Shown one piece after another: positions 9,856-18,991 of a stretch of DNA of 64,000 bases; positions within the stretch are counted from its first letter, which is position 1, and each line of letters begins with the position of its first letter. The translations under genes and the position numbers were made by a program. The notes under the pieces were generated by a model. It made no database searches, was not told where the DNA came from, and worked only from the letters and a program-made list of their open reading frames with translations. The DNA is from Planctomycetota bacterium (GTDB taxonomy: Bacteria > Planctomycetota > PLA2 > JAEUHO01). The stretch is from NCBI GenBank assembly GCA_965222115.1, contig CBDCTJ010000007.1, forward strand, positions 1,120,001-1,184,000, given 5' to 3'.

Positions 9856-9988
9856 TTATGTCGTGAACAAAAGGCGCTTCGGCTCCGATCGCCACATGCG
9901 GTACACTGGGAGGAATCGTCGTCTCTCGTTGGAAAACTGTGCATTTACGAATCAATCAAGGCCTGGCATTTTGCGGAGTGTGTAGCCG

Positions 9989-10876
9989 TTGGATGTAATC
10001 ACCGTCCATCGTCTGAAAATGTTGGGGGAGCCTCCCGAACCCCTTCGTCGCCTGCCGGCCTCGGAGCGCGCGTCCATTGTTTATCGCGCATTCTTGAAGC
10101 GTGTGCCGTACGAGAACCTCTCCAACAACCGCGCCATCCAAGAGGATCCCACGGATTCGGAGAGTTGGCCGCGCGCTACCGATCGACTCTTGCGTGAAAA
10201 CGCGTCGCTGGGGATGGGAGGCACGAGTTTTTCGCTGGCTTACGCGCTTCGCGATCTCTTTCGAGGCGTTGGAATCGCGGCGCATTGCACCCTAGGCTAC
10301 AACCTTGTAACCGAACAGGCGCATGCCGCCGTACTGATCTATGTCGATGAAGGCCCGTTGCTCTACGATCCAAGTTTGCTCATGGCGGGCCCGTTGCCGG
10401 TGCGCCCGGGCGGCACGTTCGACGATCCGCTCGGCCGATTCGTCATGACAGCGCGCTGCGGACCCACGCTCACTGTGTCGCTTCGCAAACACCCGGCCGA
10501 GCACGAGGCATCCGATGACGCACCGGCGTCCGAGCCGCTCGACATGAGCATGAGCAGTGCGGCGTGGGACATCGCCTCGCTTATGGGTGACCGTCCGGTC
10601 TACAGCATCATTCCAGTGCCCGCGCCTCCGCAAAATTTCAGGCAAGCATGGTTGGCGTCATTCTTCCGCGGTCGATTGATGCCGCTTCGGCTCGCGCGAC
10701 GCGTAGGCGACACGATTTATCGATACGGACAGCGACCCGGAACGCTTGAAGCACTGCGTGTCGGTGGTCGCGAAGAACTCAGTCTCGGTGACGACCCGCC
10801 CAAGACCCTTCACGAGACGTTTGGCGTGTGCGAGGCTTGCCTGCGCGAGTGGTTTGATTCGGGGCTGGGCACGTAG
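9989..10876 (+). CDS. Arylamine N-acetyltransferase-like protein (catalytic Cys replaced by Ser)
   Basis: VPYENL, GGTSFSL (cf. GGxCxEL), HAAV, LYDP. GGAG RBS before the TTG start. Confidence 0.75.
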   Translation: MDVITVHRLKMLGEPPEPLRRLPASERASIVYRAFLKRVPYENLSNNRAIQEDPTDSESWPRATDRLLRENASLGMGGTSFSLAYALRDLFRGVGIAAHCTLGYNLVTEQAHAAVLIYVDEGPLLYDPSLLMAGPLPVRPGGTFDDPLGRFVMTARCGPTLTVSLRKHPAEHEASDDAPASEPLDMSMSSAAWDIASLMGDRPVYSIIPVPAPPQNFRQAWLASFFRGRLMPLRLARRVGDTIYRYGQRPGTLEALRVGGREELSLGDDPPKTLHETFGVCEACLREWFDSGLGT

Positions 10877-10898
10877 CGCTTAGGTGCGAGTCGCTTCA

Positions 10899-13850
10899 CT
10901 ATTGCGCGCGAATTACATGAACATAGACCGCAATTACAACGCTTGAATCGCCCGGCATAGGCAGCGCGATGAGCACCCCGCGATCGTCGTCGAGCGTTGG
11001 TTCCACACGGACTTCGGTCCACGGCCGACCATCTGTTGAACGGTGCCAACGCGGTACTTCAATGGCCGCAATGGGGTCGTTGAGCAACGGATGGGGTTGC
11101 ACTTGAACCGAATGAAGCCTTGTGGCGCGCGCACGAATCGATACGGGTCGCGTCGTATCTCGTTGCAAGCCCGGGCGCACTTCCACCACGACGCCCGCTT
11201 CCGTGGCACCATGCACCGGTTCGTAGCGTCGCGCCGTCTTGTCGGTCTTTGAACCGCGTACGTAGACATCGCGCATGACCACCCGTTCACGCGTGCTTCG
11301 AAGCGCAACTTGTTGCGTAGCGCGGGCAAGTAACGTGTTTTGGTCGCTGTAGAGCGAAGCGGCGGTGCGCGTTTGCCCCATAAACGTCTGTACGCGAGCA
11401 CGGGCCGTGGTCGCCACAATCCACGTGTTGGTTCCCGACTCTTGGATATCGGGCTGCACCCGAAGCGCGTCAAACTGCGCGCGTGCAACCAACGACGTGC
11501 GAATGCTCACGCTGTACAGGTCGCGCTCGTGATCGCGAAAACGTTCAATGGCGGTGCGCACGCGCGCGTGTTCTTCGGGTGTAAACACGCCCGTGGCGCG
11601 ATGATTATCAACCAAGACCGGCGGGGCTTCGGGATCGCCGCCAGGACGCGAAAGGCCCGCCATGCGAGATATGAGCTCGCCGAGGTAGCGCCCTCGACGG
11701 CGAATACGTTCGGACAAGGGCGCAAGGCGTGCGGGTTGCGATAGCGGCCACCCATCCACGAGCTCATGATCCAGCACCTCGGATGACAGAGGCCCCAGCT
11801 CATACTCTTCGTGTCGTGAGGCTTCGGGAACAATACGCACATCCTCGCTTGACGGTGGGTCGGGGAGTCCGGTGCGCTGCGGTTTGCATCCAATCACTAA
11901 CAACAATTCGGGAAGCGAGTCCTGCGTCTCGGGAAAGGGATTGGGGATGCCGAGGCAAACCAAGGTGCCAAAGTGGGGCAACTGCAAATCGGTGCGCATG
12001 TGATGCTCGTGAAACTGGGGTACCCGACTCCACGGCTGTTCTTTATCGGTTGCGCGCGGCACCACGAATGAACCACGGGGCTCAACCACATCCACAGCAA
12101 CACCAAGTGCACTTCGCGCTTGACCGCCCGCGGCCTCAGGCATGTCTTGCGCAAAGAGATCGAGCCACAGTCCGTAGCGCGCCTCATCCATGGCTACGCG
12201 CAGCGGAGGGGGCGGCGCACTGGCAAGTCGTGGATGTCGTTCGGTGAGGTGTGTGACTTCAAGGCGCGTCGTGGCATTGCCCTTGAGTCGGATCTGTGCG
12301 GTGCCAATGAGATCGACGCCCTCGGCGCCCTGCACCAAATCCGCCAATCGATCGATCAACATGTCGGCAACCACGGCGCGGTCCGATGCATAAGGTGACA
12401 CGCGAAGGTTTAGCAGCTCTGCGGCCTGCACGGTGCCGGCTGCAGACGCGCCGTACACCCGAAGATCGATTTGCATGGGTACCGGTGTGTCACCGAAGCT
12501 CCGACGCAAGGCTTCGACCCGGCGATGGACGCCTTCCACGTGTTGCACACCGAGCACATTGCCAAAGCGCGTCAAGATATGAGACGGTGTCTCTTTGGCA
12601 CGACCACGACCCGATCGCCCCGGTCCGCGAATCGATGGGCGCGATGGGTGCGTCCAACCACTGCCCACGTGTTTGCGAATCCAGCGCTCCGCCCATTCCG
12701 CGCGCGTCATGGTGCTGGGGCCAAGGGCGGCGCGTTGGCCGGTAACAAACTCACTGCTTAAGAGCGGTGCCGCGTCTCGTGGCGAACGGTCATCGGCACC
12801 AAAGTTGTAAAACAGAAGCGGCTCGGTCCCCTGTTCGCGTGCGGTGAAGACTTCGGCCAAGAGGGCGTAGAACTGTGCTTGCAAGCCGCCCTTGCGCTCT
12901 TCCAGCGCGGGGCGAGGTGGCTCGGCTTCAAACGTGAGCCCCTTGCTCTTGCCGCGCTCATGGGTTACGCGCATCCACTCCACCAAGTACGCGCGATCTT
13001 CGCCAAGCGAGTTGAATGACAGCGTTCCGCCTGTTTCAAGGAAGTCGGATTCGTCGATGCGATTGATGGCGTCGCGGAAATGGCGGTCGGCTTCTTCGTC
13101 GTTGCCCGCCAGGTAAGCCAATCGACCGCGTTCCTGGAGTTCGCGCACCTTCTTCTTTAGATGCTGATACTCCTCCAGTTGCCGCGTCTGTAGAAACTCC
13201 AAGATCTGCTGCAGTACCAAGCCGCGTTCCGGTCGCGCCTTCTCAATCAATTTCAAAACGAGCCGTGCATCTTCATTGTCGTTGTCAATCGCGAGCGCCT
13301 CGTAGCACAAGCGCAACGCGGCTTGATATTGACCGCGTTCCAAGAGTCGTCGGGCGCTTTGTACTTTGCGCGCGGCCGCTGCCTCGGCAACCCGTCGTCG
13401 ATTGGCAAGTTGTTCATTGACCCGCCGCGCGACTTCCTCTTCGCTCATGCCCGGCGCGGTTGGTTGCTCAGCGGCGTCGTCACGTGTCTTTTTCGTGGCA
13501 AACTCGTGGGCGAATGCGGGAAGCTCCTTGTTCGCAAGAATCTTCTTCCAGTATTCGCGCGCGCTATCGCGGTCGCCGGATTGTTCTGCACAGCGCGCGG
13601 CGCCTACCAGCGCCGTGGCGAGGACCGTGGGGTTGATATCGCCCATGCGAATGATCTCGTCGTAACTGCGCCATGCTCCTGCGAAGTCAACGTGGACAAA
13701 CTCCTTTTCGCGGGCCTCCTTGAGTAGTCGTCGCGATTCATCCTTAGCGAACACTGCAGGCGTACACATGCCGCCCACGAGTACCAGGAGCAGTGTGCCC
13801 ATCGCCATGCGTCTGACGTGGTGGTGAATCGATATCCGGAACCCCGGCAT
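10899..13850 (-). CDS. Large secreted TPR protein with two divergent secretin-like (GspD/PilQ) repeats
   Basis: Signal peptide (start possibly 13808), TPR-like helices, then two N3-plus-secretin-like segments (e.g. TPEEHARVR...YSVSIR...AGVVVEVRP). Confidence 0.55.
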   Translation of the reverse strand: MPGFRISIHHHVRRMAMGTLLLVLVGGMCTPAVFAKDESRRLLKEAREKEFVHVDFAGAWRSYDEIIRMGDINPTVLATALVGAARCAEQSGDRDSAREYWKKILANKELPAFAHEFATKKTRDDAAEQPTAPGMSEEEVARRVNEQLANRRRVAEAAAARKVQSARRLLERGQYQAALRLCYEALAIDNDNEDARLVLKLIEKARPERGLVLQQILEFLQTRQLEEYQHLKKKVRELQERGRLAYLAGNDEEADRHFRDAINRIDESDFLETGGTLSFNSLGEDRAYLVEWMRVTHERGKSKGLTFEAEPPRPALEERKGGLQAQFYALLAEVFTAREQGTEPLLFYNFGADDRSPRDAAPLLSSEFVTGQRAALGPSTMTRAEWAERWIRKHVGSGWTHPSRPSIRGPGRSGRGRAKETPSHILTRFGNVLGVQHVEGVHRRVEALRRSFGDTPVPMQIDLRVYGASAAGTVQAAELLNLRVSPYASDRAVVADMLIDRLADLVQGAEGVDLIGTAQIRLKGNATTRLEVTHLTERHPRLASAPPPPLRVAMDEARYGLWLDLFAQDMPEAAGGQARSALGVAVDVVEPRGSFVVPRATDKEQPWSRVPQFHEHHMRTDLQLPHFGTLVCLGIPNPFPETQDSLPELLLVIGCKPQRTGLPDPPSSEDVRIVPEASRHEEYELGPLSSEVLDHELVDGWPLSQPARLAPLSERIRRRGRYLGELISRMAGLSRPGGDPEAPPVLVDNHRATGVFTPEEHARVRTAIERFRDHERDLYSVSIRTSLVARAQFDALRVQPDIQESGTNTWIVATTARARVQTFMGQTRTAASLYSDQNTLLARATQQVALRSTRERVVMRDVYVRGSKTDKTARRYEPVHGATEAGVVVEVRPGLQRDTTRPVSIRARATRLHSVQVQPHPLLNDPIAAIEVPRWHRSTDGRPWTEVRVEPTLDDDRGVLIALPMPGDSSVVIAVYVHVIRAQ

Positions 13851-13897
13851 AGCAACTCCAACGCGTTACGAGAACGCACAGGGTAAGGGCGAGTTGG

Positions 13898-14581
13898 TCA
13901 TCCCGCGGGTTCCATCGCTGCCGCGAGGTCGCGCGCGGCGCGTTCCGGGTCGGAGGCGTCCAAAACTGCGTGGCCCACAGCGACGCGCGTCGCACCCGCG
14001 GCAATCAATACCGAAACGTTGGTGACGTCAATGCCGCCGATGGGGAACACAGGTAGCGCAGACTGAATCGGCAGGCAGGACGTCATGAGCGCGGCACCCT
14101 GAGGTTCGCGTGAGATTGCCTTCGACGTCGTTGGAAAGCATGGACCCAACCCAAGCAGATCGAGATGGTCTGTCGGGCACGCTTGAATCTCTTCCGGCGT
14201 ATGTGTACTCAACCCCAGGAGACGGTCGGGGCCCAGCACCGCTCGCGCACGCGCGACCGGCATATCGTCTTGACCTACATGGGCGCCATCAAAGTCGAGC
14301 TCAGCGGCGAGCGTAACGTCATCATTGAGAATCAACATGACCTGTACTCCGTCTAGCGCCGTGCGTAGCGTGGTTGCCGCATGGCGCCACGCCGTCGTCG
14401 ACACACTCTTCGATATTTCGTTGGCACGGAGTTGAATCATGCCGATCACGCCACTTTGTAGCGCTGCGCGTATGCGATCCAACCAATCGTTGCCCAATGC
14501 ATCAATGGTCGCAATGAGGTAAATGGATGTGGCTGCTGCGCGTTGGCGCCGACGAGCGCGGCGATCGGACCCCCGCGGCAT
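13898..14581 (-). CDS. thiE: Thiamine-phosphate synthase
   Basis: IQLR, LILNDD, DGAHVGQDD, GLSTH, GPCFPTTSK, PIGGI. Confidence 0.93.
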   Translation of the reverse strand: MPRGSDRRARRRQRAAATSIYLIATIDALGNDWLDRIRAALQSGVIGMIQLRANEISKSVSTTAWRHAATTLRTALDGVQVMLILNDDVTLAAELDFDGAHVGQDDMPVARARAVLGPDRLLGLSTHTPEEIQACPTDHLDLLGLGPCFPTTSKAISREPQGAALMTSCLPIQSALPVFPIGGIDVTNVSVLIAAGATRVAVGHAVLDASDPERAARDLAAAMEPAG

Positions 14582-15184
14582 CTACTGGTCCCTACGCGAT
14601 GGCGAAGCGCCTAATTCGAGAGACGCTCGCGAGCCGCGGTGCGTACGCCATGTGCGTGATGATGGGTCAAACACACGGAACGCATCGCTTGCCACGGCAA
14701 AAGTGAGAAGATGCTTGTCACCCCGACGAAGGCGTTCAATAGGCGGTGGTGCCAACCAGCCCATGCGACTCGAGGGGAGCGGTTCGCTGATTGTGCTGGC
14801 TGCCGCTTGTTCCACGCGCTCCTGCGAAATGCGCACATCGATCACTTTCACGCGTGAGCCGACGTGAACGCCCAGCAAAATCGCCAATGCAACCAAGGCT
14901 GCGCGCGGCGGATGCACGCCAAAGTCGGGCCATCCATAAAACTTGCGCACACCCCAGGCGGCACCGCCAAAGATCGCAACGAGCGGCGCACCAATCCATC
15001 CCACCCAAACGAGTGTCTCGCTGAATCCGTGGTCGTAGCGCGCGATCTCGAAGAACGCGAAGCCTAGGAGCACGGCGCACAATACGACAGGCCATTTGCG
15101 CGCCCGCTCGCCCAGACGGTCGGCGAACAGTGTGCAGGCGGTGAACAACGCCAGAATCAGGCACGTGGTGAGTCGAGGATCCAC
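14582..15184 (-). CDS. Hypothetical membrane protein
   Basis: About four hydrophobic segments. Abuts thiE within a same-strand operon. Confidence 0.65.
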   Translation of the reverse strand: MDPRLTTCLILALFTACTLFADRLGERARKWPVVLCAVLLGFAFFEIARYDHGFSETLVWVGWIGAPLVAIFGGAAWGVRKFYGWPDFGVHPPRAALVALAILLGVHVGSRVKVIDVRISQERVEQAAASTISEPLPSSRMGWLAPPPIERLRRGDKHLLTFAVASDAFRVFDPSSRTWRTHRGSRASLELGASPSRRDQ

Positions 15185-15196
15185 GAGCGCGTGCGT

Positions 15197-16480
15197 TCAG
15201 CGCAGTCCTTGAGACGGGTCGGCCCGCTCGTCGCCATGCGGCGTGGCGCGTTGGCGGCGGTGCTCCGCTACATAGGCTTCGAGCAGCGCGAGTTGCTTAA
15301 CGAAGTTCTGTTCGTCTACACCGCTCGGGTTCTTAAAGTAGGCGGCCGTCCACGGCATGAGGCCGGTTTCGCCTTGTGACTTGGCGAATGCAGCCAGCCG
15401 AACCAAGTCGAGTACCAGCGGCGCGGCAAGCGCGCTGTCGTTGCCTTGCCACGTAAACTGCATCGACATCTTGGTGCCCAAGAATCCTTCGAAGTGGATG
15501 AAGTCCCAGGCCACCTTCCAGTCATCAAGGCTCGGGACGTAATCGATGGTGACTTTGGCGTGGGGATCTTGCTCGCCGAGTATGGAACGCAGGGCACGGT
15601 CTTTCGAGCGCGTCTTACTTTCCCGTGCGTGTGGATCGTTGAGGACGAAGCCATCGCGGTTGCCGAGCATGTTGTAGCCTTCCCACGACAGCACCTGCAG
15701 CGCGCGGCCTGCAAACATGGGGGCCAACGCCGTCTTGACCAACGTCTCTCCCGTCTTTCCGTCGCTGCCCATGTGGGGTACGCCGCGACGCTTGGCGAGC
15801 TCAACGAGCGCGGGAATGGTGCTGCCTGGCGAAGGTGTGAAGTTGATAAACGGGAACCCAAGGTCAAGCGCCGCGTAGGCATAGACCACGCCCGAGGCCA
15901 GGCCACGGTGAATGGTGTCGGACCCCATGAGCACCGTGAGTGCATCCAAGTCGGCGTACTCGATGGGCATCTCTGCTGGGGGCTCGGTGCTGGAGAGATT
16001 AACCACCACAACGGTGCTTAGATCGTGCGTGGCTTGGAACGAGCGAAGGTCTTCTTGAATACCATCCACGCAGGCGCGCGTGGATGTGGGGCACCCAACG
16101 TGATCGCCGGCAAGCTCGTTCACGGCGGCCGATGGATTGAGTACGTAGCCCGGACGAATGTTCTTTTGAATGTCGCGCAAATCGTCGTGGAGCACATTGA
16201 GCAGCGTGTGATCTAAAATGCCCGCGCGATCGCGAAACTCCCGTGCGGCGCAAGCGATGTCGGTGGGCCGGACTTCATGCCCACCAAAGACAAGGTCAGA
16301 GATCGCTGGAAGGGCCAATCCGTCGAGCAGCGGCGTTTCCGTAAGCAAGCCGATGGGCGCGCGTAGCGAGCGCGTTACCGCGCGGGCACCGATGCATGTG
16401 AGCGTGGACACGGCGCCGCAGGCACCAATCATCCATACGCCGACACGCTTGTTAGGGGGTGGGGTCGATGAGGCATTCAT
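15197..16480 (-). CDS. ino1: Inositol-3-phosphate synthase (myo-inositol-1-phosphate synthase)
   Basis: VNLSSTE, FINFTPS, GSDGKTGETLVK, NMLGNRDG, DSALAAPLVLDL. Confidence 0.93.
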   Translation of the reverse strand: MNASSTPPPNKRVGVWMIGACGAVSTLTCIGARAVTRSLRAPIGLLTETPLLDGLALPAISDLVFGGHEVRPTDIACAAREFRDRAGILDHTLLNVLHDDLRDIQKNIRPGYVLNPSAAVNELAGDHVGCPTSTRACVDGIQEDLRSFQATHDLSTVVVVNLSSTEPPAEMPIEYADLDALTVLMGSDTIHRGLASGVVYAYAALDLGFPFINFTPSPGSTIPALVELAKRRGVPHMGSDGKTGETLVKTALAPMFAGRALQVLSWEGYNMLGNRDGFVLNDPHARESKTRSKDRALRSILGEQDPHAKVTIDYVPSLDDWKVAWDFIHFEGFLGTKMSMQFTWQGNDSALAAPLVLDLVRLAAFAKSQGETGLMPWTAAYFKNPSGVDEQNFVKQLALLEAYVAEHRRQRATPHGDERADPSQGLR

Positions 16481-17505
16481 CGCGAGGCGTCTCCGTTCGG
16501 GCCCTCATCCGAGGTCGGGTGGGACGTTCGTTGTTTTGAAAGGTAGCGTGCGACGACACCGCGCCGCGTGGGTGGGATTCGTTGCGTGTGTACACGTGCG
16601 CGTCGGCGGTCGCCCAGGGCGCGGCGCCACGCGCGGTCTTCCTGAGTCAGCCACGCGGCCAAGGTGTCTTCGTCGGCTTCGGGTCCCGGGCGATCTGCGT
16701 GCGCATCGGCGGTCCGACGAGTTGGCATAGCTGCGTCGCCCGAAGGATTGACTTGCTTGCGCGTGCTGGGCTCATTGTGCATGTTCGCGAGCACATCCTG
16801 AACGGCGCGCTTAGTTTCGGGACGCGCGAGGCGTTGCTTCAGTTCGTCTCGCGTGAGTGGTTTCTCATCGTGAATGCCAGCCGCCCGTCGAATGGCAGCC
16901 AGCGTCTTCTTCATCGTGTCCGTGTGCGGATCACGAGCCGTTGATTCCGTAGTCGCTGTTCCCGCATGCGTCACATCACCTGCGTGCGAATCACGACCGG
17001 TTGCTACAGCGGTTGAGGATGCGGAGGGCGCCAGCAATACAGCACCGGCAAGCAATGCGACGCCCATGAACGGCGCGGTGCCCTCGGCCGGACGCAGTCG
17101 AATGTGAGGGGGTGTGGGGAGTGCGTCTGCAACGTTGCGATGTAACGCGTTGCCGTTGAGCGCAACGGTAAGTGCGCGCTCCTTGTGTCCGCCTACACGA
17201 TCCAATGCCCACGCAGCCGCACCCACGTTGGCGTCGGGTGTGGGGCGTTTCCACGGCCAAAGCAGGCCTATGAGTGTGCAAATGCCTAGCGTGGCAGCGA
17301 CCCATGGCGTGGAGTGACCCATCAACCGGAGCAACACCGCCATTACGGTGCCTACGAAGAGACCCCATGCCATGCGTTTTGACGCATCCGATAGACGACG
17401 TCGTCGCGAAACGCGCTTGGCCAACGCCGTGACCGCATGCGACCAGGCACCAACGGTATCACCGTTTTGCGCAGCCGGCGATTGCGTGTTGGGCATACGA
17501 GTCAC
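16477..17505 (-). CDS. Hypothetical membrane protein
   Basis: Three TM segments. Overlapping start/stop with both neighbours. Confidence 0.6.
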   Translation of the reverse strand: MTRMPNTQSPAAQNGDTVGAWSHAVTALAKRVSRRRRLSDASKRMAWGLFVGTVMAVLLRLMGHSTPWVAATLGICTLIGLLWPWKRPTPDANVGAAAWALDRVGGHKERALTVALNGNALHRNVADALPTPPHIRLRPAEGTAPFMGVALLAGAVLLAPSASSTAVATGRDSHAGDVTHAGTATTESTARDPHTDTMKKTLAAIRRAAGIHDEKPLTRDELKQRLARPETKRAVQDVLANMHNEPSTRKQVNPSGDAAMPTRRTADAHADRPGPEADEDTLAAWLTQEDRAWRRALGDRRRARVHTQRIPPTRRGVVARYLSKQRTSHPTSDEGPNGDASR

Positions 17506-18791
17506 TACTTCTTCTCCTCTTCCTTCTTCTCTCCTTTATCGTCGGGGCTTTCCTCCGACTTGTTCTCGTTGGGTCCTCGCGTGGGATCGTGACTCTCGCC
17601 CGCTTTGGGCGCGGGCGGAAAGGTGGGTAGTTGATCGCGAGCCGTGAACGCCAACGGTTCCTTCGTGAGAATGAAATCGACAAAGAAGTGGTCTTCCCGG
17701 CTCGAAAGCGGGAATGTGGGGCGCGGGATGGCATCGGCCATAAAGGCAACGGCCGCACGCAAGGCACTCCGTTGTGATATCTCAATCAAGCTGCCGGGAT
17801 TGGGATACTGAGAAACGATGGTGCCGCGCAGCGCGGCCACAATGGTTTGATCGCCGGTTTCACTGTCTTCGACCAGCGGAGAACCGGTAAACCGAAATGC
17901 ATCGGCAGGCAGCGGTTCGCCGGTCTCTCCATCGCGCAACCAATCGGTCACACGTTCTATGTAAAGTGTGTCCTTGTACTTGTAGCGAACGTACATATGG
18001 ATGGCGTCGCCGTTGGCGAGCAGGACGTCGGGCTTCTTCGGATCTTCCGACGCGGGGTCTACGCGCGTGCCTTCACCCTGTTTGAAGCCGGCCGCGCGCA
18101 GCGCGTAGTACAGCGCCAGTGTGGCGGATTTTGATTCGGTGTAGCGCGCTTGCTGGAGCTGCTCCGGCGTGCGGTTGCCCACCACCAGGATGAGCGTCTC
18201 GTAGTCCTTCTCGCTCGGATAGCGCGCGGCGAGTAGTTCAAAAGGGTACTGGGTGCCGTGACGACGCAGCGAGTAAACGTTCAATACGGCGCGCACGGTA
18301 ACGCGCCCGTCGGCAATGTCGATGCCGTTGGCGTTCGCCAAGGTGTTCGCGTTTGCTTTCTCTTCCGGCGTGAGCGAACGCGTGATGTCGGGAATGTTCT
18401 TGGATCCGCCGAGCCGGCGCAGGCGCGTAATGATCTTGGCGTCGTTTCGCTCGAGATCGAAGAGCGACGATTGCACCTCGTTGAGCGTTTCGTAGTTGTC
18501 GTCGCCCGTCTCCTCGAGCTTTTCGATGATCCAGTTGAGCTTCGCCGCGAGGTCGGGGTTGTCCAGAATGCTCCCCTCGGCCATTTCATCGGGTGATTGG
18601 GATGGCGCGTTCGTTTGATCGCTGGACTTGGCCTGACCGTTGCTCGAAGACGGTGTTCCGGTTTCGGCTTGTTGCTGGACGCGGGCCTCCAGGTCAACCA
18701 CCCGCGCCGTCAATCCACGCACGAGAAACAACAGTGCCGCCACGCCCAGAAACGTGGCCAGCAAAATAGATAGGGTCCAGCGATGGTTCAT
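17505..18791 (-). CDS. Membrane-anchored coiled-coil protein with YdjY-like domain
   Basis: N-terminal TM and coiled coil, then E.LA...KDYETL...YYALRAAG..G...DW...FRFTGS pattern. Confidence 0.65.
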   Translation of the reverse strand: MNHRWTLSILLATFLGVAALLFLVRGLTARVVDLEARVQQQAETGTPSSSNGQAKSSDQTNAPSQSPDEMAEGSILDNPDLAAKLNWIIEKLEETGDDNYETLNEVQSSLFDLERNDAKIITRLRRLGGSKNIPDITRSLTPEEKANANTLANANGIDIADGRVTVRAVLNVYSLRRHGTQYPFELLAARYPSEKDYETLILVVGNRTPEQLQQARYTESKSATLALYYALRAAGFKQGEGTRVDPASEDPKKPDVLLANGDAIHMYVRYKYKDTLYIERVTDWLRDGETGEPLPADAFRFTGSPLVEDSETGDQTIVAALRGTIVSQYPNPGSLIEISQRSALRAAVAFMADAIPRPTFPLSSREDHFFVDFILTKEPLAFTARDQLPTFPPAPKAGESHDPTRGPNENKSEESPDDKGEKKEEEKK

Positions 18792-18870
18792 GTCGCTCAC
18801 AGTGGCAGGAGAGTCCTTGGCAGGAGAGTCAGCGCGGGTGCGCATACGGACAAAACGTAGCCGAATGCGC

Positions 18871-18889
18871 TCGGTTCGAGGGGAACCGA
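18871..18889 (-). terminator. Possible terminator hairpin downstream of clpC
   Basis: TCGGTTC-N5-GAACCGA stem. The U-tract is displaced (TTTT about 15 nt later on the minus strand). Confidence 0.35.
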
Positions 18890-18991
18890 CCGACGCAACA
18901 GGTGCCTACGCTTCGCTTTCGACGTCTCCCCTCAGCGGCATTCAATCTGCCGAGTCACTCCGCCAACTCACTCCGCCTGGGGGCCGGTAGG

